NCBI RefSeq assembly: GCF_009914755.1
Contig: NC_060925.1
Length of the DNA: 64,000 bases
Strand: one strand, 5' to 3'
Origin: the human T2T-CHM13v2.0 reference genome, Homo sapiens
A program made the position numbers and the translations under genes. Positions 16,620 through 38,520 of this stretch are shown piece after piece (within the stretch, counting starts at the first letter, position 1; every line of letters starts with the position of its first letter). The notes below the pieces were generated by a model. That model was not told the origin of the DNA. It saw nothing but the letters and a program-made list of their open reading frames with translations, and ran no database searches.

Positions 16620-19600
16620 TGACACATCTCTGAACTGATCAACAATGTGATGTAACACTTGTCTAGGCTCTGCCTACTGGGGCTTTGTGACATATCTATG
16701 CACGGATCACCCAGGTGATGGGACACTTGTCTAGGCTCTCTGTATGGGGGCATTGTGAGATATCTCTGCACTGATCACCCAGGTGATGTAACGCTTGTCT
16801 AGTCTCTGCCTACGGGGCATAGTAACATATCACTGCATTGATCACCGAGGTGATGTAACTCTTTTCCGGGCTCTGCCTATAGGAGTCCTTGTGACATATC
16901 ACTGCACTGATCATCTAGGTGATGTAACTCTTGCTTACCCTCTGCCTGCAGGGGCATTGTGAAATATCTCTGCACTGATCACCCAGGTGATGGGACTCTT
17001 CTCTAGGCTCTGCCCACTGGGGGCATTGTCACATATTTCTGCACTGATCACCCAGGTGACAGTATGTTTTATTGGATTTGCCTATAGGGGCATTGTGAGA
17101 TACCTCTGCACTGATCACCCAGGTGATATAACACTGGTCTAAGCTCTGCCTGAAGGGGCATTGTGACAGATCTCTGCTCTGATCACTCAGGTGATGTAAC
17201 TCTTGTCTAGGCTCTGTCTACAGGGATTTTTGTGACATATCACTGCACTGATCACCTAGGTGATGTAAGCCATATATGGGCTTTTCCTACGGAAGAGTTT
17301 GTGACATATCTATGCACTGATCTCTGAGGTGATGCAACTCTTGTCTAGGCACTGCCTACAGGGGTAATTGGTACATATCTCTGCACTGATCACCCAGGTG
17401 ATGGACACTTGTCTTAGATCTCCCATCATGGACATTGTGACACATCTCTGAACTGATCAACCAAGTGATGAAACTCTTGTCTAGGCTCTGCCTTCAGGAG
17501 TTCTGTGACACATCTCTGCACTGATCACCCTGGGAAGGGAACTCTGGTCTACGCTCTGCCTACAGGAGGCTTTATGACTTATATCTGCACTGATAACCTA
17601 GGTGATGTAACACTTGTCTAGGCTCTGCCTACACGGGAATTCTCACATATCACTGCACTGATCACCCAGGTGATGGACTCTTGTCTTGGATTTGCCTATG
17701 GGGGCATTGTGAAATATCTCTGCAGTGATCACCCAGGTGATGTAACCCTGGTCTAAGCTCTGCCTAAAGGGGCATTGTGACAGAACTCTGCACTCATCAC
17801 TCAGGTGATGTAAGTATTGTCTATGCTCTGCTTAAAGGGGCCTTGTCACATATCTCTGCACTGATCACCCAGGTGATGTAACTTTTGTCTAGGCTCAGCT
17901 TACAGGGGGTATTTTGACAAATCTCTGCAGTGATCACCTAACTGACGTAACACTTGTGTAGACTCTATCTATGGGGGCATTTTGACACATCTCTGCACTG
18001 TTAACCCAGGTGATGTAACTCTTGTCTAGGCTGTGCCCACAGGGGGATTGAGAGATATCTCTGCACTGATCCCGAGGTGATCCAACTCTTGCCTGGTCTC
18101 TGTCTACTGGGGACATAGGGACATATCTCTGCAGTGATCTCCCAGGTGCTGTAACTTTGGTCTAGGCTCTGGCTACACGGCATTGTGACATATCACTGCA
18201 CTGATCACCCATGAGATGTAACCCTTGTCTAGCCTCTGCCTACAGGGGGCTTGTGACATATCTCTGCACTGACCACCCAGGTGATATAACTCTCCTTTAG
18301 GATCTGCCTACATGGTGGTTTGTGACATATCCCTGCAATGATCACTGAGGTGATATACCGCATGTCAAGGCTCTGCCTACAGGGACATTGCGATGTGTCT
18401 CTTCACTGATCACCTAGGTCATGTAACCCTTGTCTAGGCTCTGCCTCCAGTGGCATTATGACATATCTCTGCACTGATCACCCAGGTGATGTAACTCTTT
18501 TCTAGGATCTGCCTACAGAGTGACATGTCCCTGCAATGATCATGCAGGTGATGTACCACTTGCCAAGGCTCTGCCTACAGGGTCATTGCGATGTGTCTCT
18601 GCACTGATCACCTAGGTCATGTAACTCTTGTCTAGGCTCTGCCTACAGTGGTATTGTGACATAAAGCTGCGCTGATCTCCCAGGTGATTCAACTCTTTTC
18701 AATGATCTGCTTACAGGGAGTATTGTGAACTATGACTGCACTTATCAACAAGGTGGTGTAACTCTTGTCTAGGCTCTGTCTACAGGAGCGTTTTCACATA
18801 TCCCTGAACTGTTGACAAATGTGTTGTAACTCTTGCCTAGGATTTGCCTGCAGGGGACATTGTGACATATCTCAGCACTGATCACCCAGGTGATGCAACT
18901 CTTCTCTATGCTCTGCCTACAGGGGACATTGTGACATATCTCTGCACTGATCAACCAGGTGATGCAACTCTTCTCTATGCACTGCCTACCAGGGGCATTG
19001 TGACATATCTCTGCACTGATCACCCACGTGACGTAACTCTTTTCTAGTCTCTGCATGCAGAGGGCGTTGTGACATCACTCTGCACGGATCACCCTGGTTA
19101 TGTAATTGTTGTCTAGGCTCTGCCTATGGGGGCATTGTGACATATCTGTGCTCTGATCACCCAGGAGTTGTGACTATTGTCTAAGCTCTGCCTAGAGGGA
19201 CATTGGGACATATCTCTGCACTGATGGGTGAGTTGATGTAAAACTTGTCTAGGCTTTGCCTACAGAGGGATTTATGACATATCTCTGCACTGATCACCCA
19301 GGTGATGTAACTCTTTTCTAGGCTCTGCTTACCGTGGGTATTGTGAGATAACTGCACTGATCACCCAGGTGATGTAACTCTTGTCTACGCTCTGCCTACG
19401 GGGCATTTTAACATATCACTGCACTGATCACCGAGATGATGTAACTCTTGTATAGGCTTGGCCGTCATGGGGCATTGAGACATGTCTCTGCACTGATCAC
19501 CGAGGTGATGCAACTATTGTCTGGGATCTGCTTACAGGGGGCATTGTGACATATCTCTGCCCTGATCACCTGGGTCATGTAACTCTTGTCTCGGCTTTGC

Positions 19601-20561
19601 CTACTGGAGACGTTGTGACATATCTCCGCACTGATCAGCCAGGTGATGTCACTTTTGTCAAGGATATGGCTACAGGGACATTTTGACATGTCACTACACT
19701 GATCACACAGCTGATGTATCACTTGTCTGGGCTCTGTCTACAGGGGTCTTGTGACACATCTCTGCACTGATCACCCAGGTGATGTAACCATTCTCTAGGC
19801 TCTGCCAAAAGGTGACATTGTGACATAACTCTGCACTGATCACCCAGGTGATGGGACACTTGTCTAGGCTCTGCCTACAGGGGCATTGTGACATATCTCT
19901 GCTGTGATCACGCAGGTGATGTAACTCTTGTCTATATCTGCCTACTGGTGGCATTATGGCATATTTCTGCACTGATCACCCAGGTGATGGACACTTGTCT
20001 TGGATCTGCCTATGAGGGCATAGTGACATATCTCTGCACTGATCACTCATGTGATGTAACGCTTGTCTAAGCTGTGCCTAAAGGGGAATTGTGACAGATA
20101 TCTCCATTGATCACCCAGGTGATGTAACAATTTTCTGGGATTTGTCTACAGGGGACTTTGTGACATATCTCTGCACTGATCACCCCAGGGAGGAAACACT
20201 TGTCTACACTCTGCCTACCGGAGGCTTTATGACTTATTCCTGCACTGATCACTAGGTGATGTAACACTTGTCTAGGCTCTGTCTACACGGGAATTTTCAC
20301 ATATCTCTACACTGATCACCTAATTGATGAAACCCTTGTCTATGTTCAGCCTACTGGGGATTTCTGACATGCCTATGCACTGATCACCGAGGTGATGTAA
20401 ATCATTTCCAGGCTTTTTGTACAGGGGACATTGTGGTATATCTCTGCACTGATCACCCAAATGATGCAAATCTTCTCTAGGCTCCACAGGGAGGGGGCAT
20501 TGTGACATATTTCTGAACTGATCATCCAGGAGATGTAACTATTCTCCAGGCTTTGACGAAA
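16620..20561 (-). repeat. Beta satellite block 3
   Basis: Tandem 68-bp monomers. Confidence 0.97.
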
Positions 20562-23336
<2,775 letters not shown>

Positions 23337-26271
23337 CGACACACCTCTGAACTGATCAATAAAGTGATGTAACTCTTGTCTAGGCTCGGCCTACAGGGGC
23401 TGTGTGTCATATTTAAAACCTGATCACCCAGGTGATGTAACACTTGTTTAGGCTCTGCCTACAGGGGCATTGTGACATATCTCTGCACTGATCAACCAGG
23501 TGATGGGACTTTTATGTAGGCTCTGCCTATGGGGGCATTGTGACATATCTCTGCACTGATCACCCAGGTGATGTAACGCTAGACTAGGCTCTGCCTACGC
23601 AGCATAGTGACGTATCACTGCATTGATCACCAAGGTGATGTAACCCTTGTCTAGGCTCTGCCTATAGGGGGCCTTGTGACATATCTCTTCACTGATCATC
23701 TAGGTAATGCAACTCTTTCTTATGCACTGCCTGCAGGGCAGAGATATTGTCAAATATCTCTGCACTGATCACCCAGGTGATGGGATTCTTCTCTAGGCTT
23801 CTCTAGGCCTACTGGGGGCATTGTCACATGTTTCTGCACTGATCACCCAGATGATGGACCCTTGTCTTGGATTTGCATGTGGGGGCATTGTGACATATCT
23901 AGGCCCTGATCACCCAGGTGATGTAATTCTCGTCTAGGCTCTGCCTACCAGAGAGATTGTGACATATCTCCTCACTGATCACCCAGGTGATGTCACCATT
24001 GTCAAGGATATGGCTACAGGGACATTGTGACATGTCACTGCACTGATCACACAGCTGCTGTAACTCTTGTCTAGGCTCTGGCTACAGGGGGCTTGTGACA
24101 CATCTCTGCACTGATCACCCAGGTGATGTAACCCTTGTCTAGGCTCTGCCAAAAGGGGGCATTGTGACACAACTCTGCACTGATCACCCAGGTGATGTAA
24201 CCCTTGTCTAGGCTCTGCCAAAAGGGGGCATTGTGACATAACTCTGCACTGATCACTCAGGTGATGGGACACTTGTATAGGCTCTGCCTACAGGAGCATT
24301 GTGAGATATTTCTGCAGTGATCACGCAGGTGATGAAACTCTTGTCTATATCTGCCTGCTGGCGGCATTGTGTCATATTTCTGCCCTTATCACCCATATGA
24401 TGGACTCTTGTCTTGGATCTGGCTATGGGGGCATAGTGACATATCTCTGCACTGATCACTCATGTGATGTAACGCTTGACTAAGCTACGCAAAAGAGGAA
24501 TTGTGACAGATATCTTCACTGATCACTCAGGTGATGTAACAATTTTCTGGGATTTGTCTACAGGGGGCTTTGTGATATATATTTGCACTGATCACCCAGG
24601 AGAAGTAACTCTTGTTTAGGCTCGGCCTACAGGGGCTTTGTGACATATTTCTGCACTGATCACCCAGGAGATGTAACTTTTGTTTAGGCTCTGCCTACAG
24701 GGGCTTTGTGACATATTTCTGTACTGATCACCCAGGTTATGTAACTCATTTCTAGGCTCCGCCTACAGGGGGTATTGTGACGTATCTCTGCACTGATCAA
24801 ACAGGTGATGTAACTCTTGTCTAGGCTCCACCTACAGGGTGTATTGTGACGAATCTCTACACTGATCACCTAGGTGATTTAACATTTATCTAGGCTCTGC
24901 CTACAGGGGCTTTTTGACGTAGTTCTGCACATATCACCTAGGTTATGTAACTCTTGTCCACTCTCTGCCTACAGGGGGCATTGTGAAATATCTCTGCACT
25001 GATCACCCAGGTGATGGGACTCTTCTCTATATTCTGCCTAGAGGGGCATTTTTGACATATCTCTGCACTGATCACCCAGGTGATGGAAGTCTTGTCTAGG
25101 CTCTGCCTATGGGGGCCTTGTGTCAAATATCTGCACCGATCACCCAGGTGATGTAACTCTTTTCTAGGCTCTGTCTACAGGGATTTTTGTGACATATCAC
25201 TGCAATGATCACCTAGGTGATGTAAGCTGTTTATGGGCTTTGCCTACAGAAGGCTTTGTGACACATCTATGCACTGATCTCTGAGGTGATGCAACTCTTG
25301 TCTAGGCACTGCCTACAGGGGACATTGGTACATATCTCTGCACTGATCACCCATGTGATGGACTCTTGTCTTAGATCTGCCTACATGGACATTGTGACAC
25401 ATCTCTGAACTGATCAACCATGTGATGAATCTCTTGTCTAGGCTCTGCCTACAGGGCCTTTGTGACACATCTCTGCACTGATCACCCTGGGGAGGGAACT
25501 CTTGTCTATGCTCTGCCTACAGGAGTCTTTATGACTTATACCTGCACTGATAACCTAGGTGATGTAACACTTTTCTAGGCTCGGCCTACACGGGAATTCT
25601 CACATATCTCTGCAATGATCACCCAGGTGATGTAACTCCTGTCTAAGTTCAGCCTACGGGAGCGTTTTGACATATCTTTGCACTGATCACCGAGGTGATG
25701 TAACCCTTGTCTAAGCTCTGCCTACAGGGGCATTGTGACCGATCTCTCCACTGCTCACCCAGGTGATGTGACAATTGTCTGGGCTTTGCCTACAGGGGGC
25801 TTTGTGTTATACATTTCCATGGATCAAACAGGTGATGTAACCCTTGTCAAGCTTCTGCTTATGGGGGCTTTGTGACATATCTCTGCACTGATCAACCCCA
25901 GGAGGAAACACTTGTCTACACTCTGCCTACAGGAGGCTTTACGACTTATCCCTGCACTGATCACTAGGTGATGTAACCGTTGTCTAGGCTCTGTCTACAC
26001 GGGAATTTTCACATATCTCTACACTGATCACCTAAATGATGTAACCCTTCTTTAGTTTCAGCCTATTGGGGATTTCTGACATACCTATGTACTGATCACC
26101 GAGGTGATGTCAGTCATTTCCAGGCTTTTTGTACAGGGGACATTGTGATATATCTCTGCACTGATCACCCAAATGATGCAAATCTTCTCTAGGCTCCCCA
26201 GGGACGGTGCATTGTGACATTTCTGAACTGATCATCCAGGAGATGTAACTATTCTCTAGACTTTGATGAAA
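23337..26271 (-). repeat. Beta satellite block 4
   Basis: Tandem 68-bp monomers. Confidence 0.97.
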
Positions 26272-29034
<2,763 letters not shown>

Positions 29035-32000
29035 TGACACATCGCTGAACTGATCAACAAAGTGATGTAACTCTTGTCTAGGCTCTGCCTACTGGGGCTT
29101 TGTGACATATCTCTGCCATTATCACCCAGTTGATGGGACTTTGTCTAGGCTCTGCCCATGGGGGCATTGTGATATATCTCTACACTGATCACCCAGGTTA
29201 TGTAACACTTAGGTAGGATCTGCCTACGGGGGCATTGTGACATATTTCTGCACTGATCACCCAGGTGATGGGACTCTTGTCTAGGCTCTGTGTATGGGGG
29301 CTTTGTGACATACCTCTGCACTGATCACCCAGGTGATGGGACTCTTGTCTAGGCTCTGTGTATGGGGCATAGTGACATATCACTGCATTCATCACCGATG
29401 TGATGTAACTCTTGTCCAGGCTCTGCCTATAGGTGGCCTTGTGACATATCTCTGCACTGATCATCTAGGTGATGCAACTCTTGCTTACACTCTGCCTGCA
29501 GGGGCATTGTGAAATATATCTCCACTGATCACCCAGGTGAGGGGACTCTACTCTAGGCTCTGCCTACTGGGGGCATTGTCACATATTTCTGCACTGATCA
29601 CCCAGGTGACGGACTCTTGTCTTGGATTTGCCTAAGGGGCATAGTGACATATCTCTGCACTGATCACCCAGGTAATGTAACTCTGGTCTAAGCTCTTCCT
29701 AAAGGGGCATTGTGACAGATTTCTTCACTGATCACTCAGGTGATGTGACAATTGTCTTGGCTCTGCTTAAAAGGGCCTTGTCACATATATCTGCACTGAT
29801 CTCCCAGGTGATGTAACTCTTGTCTAGGCTCTGCTTATAGGGCGTATTGTGACATATCTCTGCACTGATCACCTAAGTGATGTAATACATGTGTAGGCTC
29901 TGCCTAGAGGGGCATTTTGACATATCTCTGCACTGTTAACCGAGGTTATGTAACTCTTGTCTAGGCTGTGCCCACAGGGGGATTGAGACATATCTCTGCA
30001 CTGATCCCGAGGTGAAACCATCTCTTGCCTGGTTTCTGCCTACTGGGGACATTGTGACATATCTCTGCACTGATCTCCCAGGTGCTGTAACTTTAGTTTA
30101 GGCTGTGGCTACACGGCATAGTGACATATCACTGCACTGATCACCAAGGTGATATACATCTTGTCTAGGATCTGCCTACAGGGGGCTTGTGAAATATCTC
30201 TGCACTGATCACCCACGTGATATAACTCTTCTCTGCGATCTGCCTACAGGGTGTTTTGTGACATATCCCTGCAATGATCAACCAGGTGATATACCACATG
30301 TCAATGCTCTGCCTACAGAGGCATTGTGATTTATCTCTGCACTGATCACCTAGGACATGTAACTCTGGTCTAGGCTCTGCCTACAGTGGTATTGTGACAT
30401 ATCTCTGCACTGATCACCCAGGTGATGTAACTCTTTTCTAGGATCTGCCTACAGGGTGCTTTGTGACATATCCCTGGAATGATCACCCAGGTGATGTACT
30501 ACTTGTCAAGGCTCTGCCTACAGGGACACTTTGATGTATCTCTGCACTGATCACCTAGGTCATGTATCTCTTGTCTAGGCTCTGCCTACAGTGGCATTGT
30601 GACTTATCTCTGAAATGATCACCCAGGTGATGTCAATTTTGTCAAGAATATGGCTACAGGTACATTGTGACATGTCACTGCACTGATCACACAGCTGATG
30701 TAACACTTGTCTAGCGTCTGGCTACAGGGGGCTTGTGACACATCTCTGCACTGATCACCCACGTGATGTAACTCTTGTCTAAGCTCTGCTTACAGGGGTT
30801 ATTGTGAGATATCTCTCCACTGATCACCCAGGTGATGTAACTCTTGTCTAGGCTCTGCCTACAGGGGCATTTTATCATATTACTGCACTGATCACCGAGA
30901 TGATGTAACTCTTGTATAGGCTTCGCCGACAGGGAGCATTGAGACATATTTGTGCACTGATCACCGAGGTGATGCAACTCTTTTCTGGGATCTGCTTACA
31001 GGGGGCATTGTGACATATCTCTATCCTGATCACCCTGGTGATGTAACTCTTTTCTACACTCTGCCTACTGGAGACATTGTGACATATCTCCGCACTGATC
31101 ACCCAGGTGATGTCACTTTTTTCAAGGATATGGCTACAGTGACATTGTGACATGTCACTGCACTGATCACACTGCTGATGTAACTCTTGTCTAGGTTCTG
31201 GCTACAGGGGCTTGTGACACATCTCTGCACTGATCACCCAGGTGATGGGACTCTTGTCTAGGCTCTGCCTACAGGGGCAGTGTGACATCTCTCTGCAGTG
31301 ATCACGCAGGTGATGTAACTCTTCTCTATATCTGCCTGCTGGTGGCATTGTGGCATATTTCTGCACTGATCACCCAGGTGATGGACTCTTGTCTTGGATC
31401 TGCCTATGGGGCCATAGCGACATATCTCTGCACTGATCAGTTATGTGATGTAACGCTTGTCTAAGCTACGCCTAAAGGGGAATTGAGACAGATATCTCCA
31501 GTGATCACCCAGGTGATGTAACAATATTCTGGGATTTGTCTACAGGGGGCTTTGTGATATATTTTTGCACTGATCACCCAGGAGATCTAACTCTTGTCTG
31601 GGCTTGGCCTATATGGGCTTTGTGACATATTTCTGCGCTGATCACCCAGGTGACGGACTCTTGTCTTGGATCTGCCTTATGGGGGCATTGCGACATATCT
31701 CTGCAATGATCACCCAGGTGATGTAACTGTTGTACAAGTTCTGCCTACAGGGGAATTGTGAGAGATCTCGCCACTGATCACCCAAGTGATGTAACTATTT
31801 TCTAAGCTTTGCGTACAGTGGGCTTTGTGACATACCTTTGCACTGATCACACAGGTGATGTAACTCATCTAAGTTCTGCCTACAGGAGCTTTGTGACATA
31901 TCTCTGCACTGATCACTTAGGGGATGTAACACTTTTATAAGCACTGCCTAAAAGGAATTTTGACAAATCTCTGCACTGATCACCTAGGTGATGTAACTCT

Positions 32001-35000
32001 TGTCTACCCTCTGCCCAAAGGGGGCAATGTGAAATATCTCTGCACTGATCACCAAGGTAATTCAACTCTTGTCTAGGATCTGCCTACAGGGTTACTGTGA
32101 AATAACTCTGCAGTGATCAACTAGGTGATATAACTCCTGTCTAGTCTCTGCCTACAGGGGCGTTTTCACATATCCCTGAACTGATGGCAAAGGTGATGTA
32201 ACTCTGGCCTAGGAATTGCCTACAGGGGACATTGTGAGATATGTCTACACTGATCACCCATGTGATGCAACTCTTCTCTATGCTCTGCCTACAGCAGACA
32301 TTGTGACATATCTCTGCACTGATCACCCAGGTGATGCAACTCTTCTCTATGTTCTGCCTACAGGGGGCATTGTGACATATCTCTGCACTGATCACCTATG
32401 TGATGCAACTCTTCTCTATGCTCTGCCTACAGCAGACATTGTGACATATCTCTGCACTGATCACCCAGGTGATGCAACTCTTCTCTATGCTCTGCCTACA
32501 GTGGGCTTTGTGACATATTTCTGCACTGATCACCAAGGTGATGTAACTCTTGTTTAGGCTCCGCCTACACGGGCTTTGTGACATATTTCTGTACTGATCA
32601 CCCAGGTGACGTAACTCTTGTCTAGGCTCCACCTACAAGGGGTATTGTGACATATCTCTGCACTGATCACCCAGGTGATGTAACATTTATCTAGGCTCTC
32701 CCCACAAGGGCGTTTTGACATAGCTCTGCACAGATCACCTACGTTATGTAACTCTTGTCTACCCTCTGCCCAAAGGGAGCATTGCAAAATATATCTGCAC
32801 TGATCACCCAGGTGATTCAACTCTTGTCTAGGATCTGCCTACAGGGGCTTTGTGACATATTTCTGCACTGATCACCCAGGTGATGTGACTCTTGTCTAGG
32901 CTCTGTGTATGGGGGCGTTGTGACATATCTGTGCACTGATCACCCAGGTGATGTACCGCTTGACTAGGCTCTGCCTATGGGGCATAGTGACATATCACTG
33001 CATTGATCACCGAGGTGATGTAACTCTTCTCCAGGCTCTGCCTATAGGGGTCGTTGTGACATATCTCTGTACTGATCATCTAGGTGATGTAACCCTTGCT
33101 TACGCTCTGCCTGCAGGGGCATTGTGAAATATCTCTGAACTGATCACCCAGGTGATGGGACTCTACACTAGGCTCTGCCTACTGGGGGCCTTGTCACAAA
33201 TTTCTGCACTCATCACCCAGGTGACGGACTCTTGTCTTGGATTTGCCTATGGGGACATTGTGACATATCTCTGCACTGATCATCTAAGTGATGTAACTCT
33301 TGCTTACACTCTGCCTGCAGAGGCATTGTGAAATATCTCTGCACTGATCACCCAGGTGATGGGACCCTTCTCTAGGCTCTGCTTACTGGGGGCATTGTCA
33401 CACATATCTGCAGTGATCACCCAGGGGACAGACTCTTGTGTTGGATTTGCCTATGGGGGCATAGTGACATAACTCTGCACTGATCACCCAGGTGATGCAC
33501 CTCTTCTCTTTGCTCTGCCCACAGGGGACATTGTGACATATCTCTTCACTGATCACCCATGTGATGCAACTCTTCTCTATGCTCTGCCAACAGGGGGTAT
33601 TGTGACATATCTCTGCACTGATCACCCAGGTGATATAACTCTTTTCTAGTCTCTGCCTACAGAGGACGTTGTGACATCAATCTGCTTGGATCACCCGGGT
33701 TATGTAACTCTTGTCTAGGCTCTGCCTATGGTGGCATTGTGACTTATCTCTGCACTGATAACCCAGGAGACGTGACTGTTGTCTAACCTCTGCCTAGAGG
33801 GACATTGGGACATATCACTGCACTGATGGCTGAGGTGATATAAAACTTCACTAGGCTTTGCCTACAGAGGGATTTATGACATATCTCTGCACTGATCACC
33901 CAGGTGATGTAACTCTTGTCTAGGTTCTGCTTACAGGCGGTATTGTGAGATATCTCTGCACTGATCACCCCGGTGATGTAACTCTTGTCTAGGCTCTGCC
34001 TACAGGGGCATTTTCACATATCACTGCACTGATCACCGAGATGATGTAACTCTTGTATAGGCTTCGCCAACAGGGGGCATTGAGACATAAATCTGCACTG
34101 ATCACTGAGGTGATGCATCTCACGTCTGGGATCCGCTTACAGGGGTCATTGTGACATATCTCCGCCTTGATAACCCAGGTGATGTAACTCTTGTCTGCGC
34201 TCTGCCTACTGGAGACATTGTGACACATCTCCACAATGATCACCCAGGTGATGTCACTTTTGTCTAGGACATGGCTACAGGGATATTGTGACATGTCACT
34301 GCACTTCCCACACAACTGATGTAACACTTTTCTAGGCTCTGGCTACAGGGGGATTGTGACACATCTCTGCACTGGTCACCCAGGTGATGGGACACTTGCC
34401 TAGGCTCTGCCTACAGGGGCATTGTGACATATCTCTGCAATGATAATGCAGGTGATGTAACTCTTGTCTATATCTGCCTACTGGCAGCATTGTGGCATAT
34501 TTCTGCACAGATCACCCAGGTGATGGACTCTTGTCTTGGATCTGCCTATGGGGGCATAGTGACATATCTCTGCACTGATCACTCAAGTGATGTAACGTTT
34601 GTCTAAGCTCCGCCTAAAGGGGAATTGTGACAGATACCTCCACTGATCACCCAGTTGCTGTAACAATTTTCTGGGATTTGTTTACAGGGGGCTTGTTGAC
34701 ATAACTTTGCACTCATCACCCAGGAGATGTAACTCTTGTCTAGGCTCAGCCTACAGGGGCTTTGTGACATATTTCTGCACTGATTACTCAGTTGATGTAA
34801 CTCTTACTTAGGCTCTGTTACAGGGGCTTTGTGACATATTTCTGTACTGATCACCAAGGTGACGTAACTCTTGTCTAGGCTCCACCTACAGGGGGTATTA
34901 TGACGTATCTCTGCACTGATCACCCAGGTGATGTACCATTTATCTAGGCTCTGCCTACAGGGGCTTTGTGACACATTTCTGCACTGATTACCCTGGGGAG

Positions 35001-35778
35001 GGAACTCTTGTCTATGCTCTGCCTACAGGAGGCTTTATGACTTATACCTGCCCTGATTACCTAGGTGATGTAACACTTGTCAAGGCTCTGCCTACACGGG
35101 AATTCTCACATACCTCTGCACTGATCACCCAGGTGATGTAACTCCTGTTTAGGTTCAGCCTACAGGAGCATTTTGACATATCTCTTCACTGATCACCCAG
35201 GGGATGTAACCCTTGTCTAAGCTCTGCCTACAGGAGCATTGTGACAGATCTCTCCACTGCTCACCCAGGTGATGTAACAATTGTCTGCGCTTTGCCTACA
35301 GGGGGTTTGTCATATACATTTCCACCGATCAAACAGGTGATGTAATCCTTGTCAAGGTTCTGCTTACAGGGGCTTTGTGACATATCTCTGCACTGATCAA
35401 CCCAGGGAGGAAACACTTGTCTACACTCTGCCTACAAGAGGCTTTACGACTTATCCCTGCACTGATCACTAGGTGATGTAACACTTGTCTAGGCTCTGTC
35501 TACACGGGAATTTTCTCATTTCTCTACAACGATCACCTAAGTGATGTAACCCTTGTCTAGGTTCAGCCTACTGGGGATTTCTGACATACCTCTGCACGGA
35601 TCACCGAGGTGATGTAAATCATTTCCAGGCTTTTTGTACAGGGGACATTGTGATAGATCTCTGCACTGATCACGCAAATGATGCAAATCTTCTTTACACT
35701 CCGCAGCGAGGGGGCCTTGTGATATATTTCTGAACTGATCATCCTGGAGATGTAGCTATTCTCCAGGCTTTAACTTAA
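29035..35778 (-). repeat. Beta satellite block 5
   Basis: Tandem 68-bp monomers. Confidence 0.97.
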
Positions 35779-38520
<2,742 letters not shown>

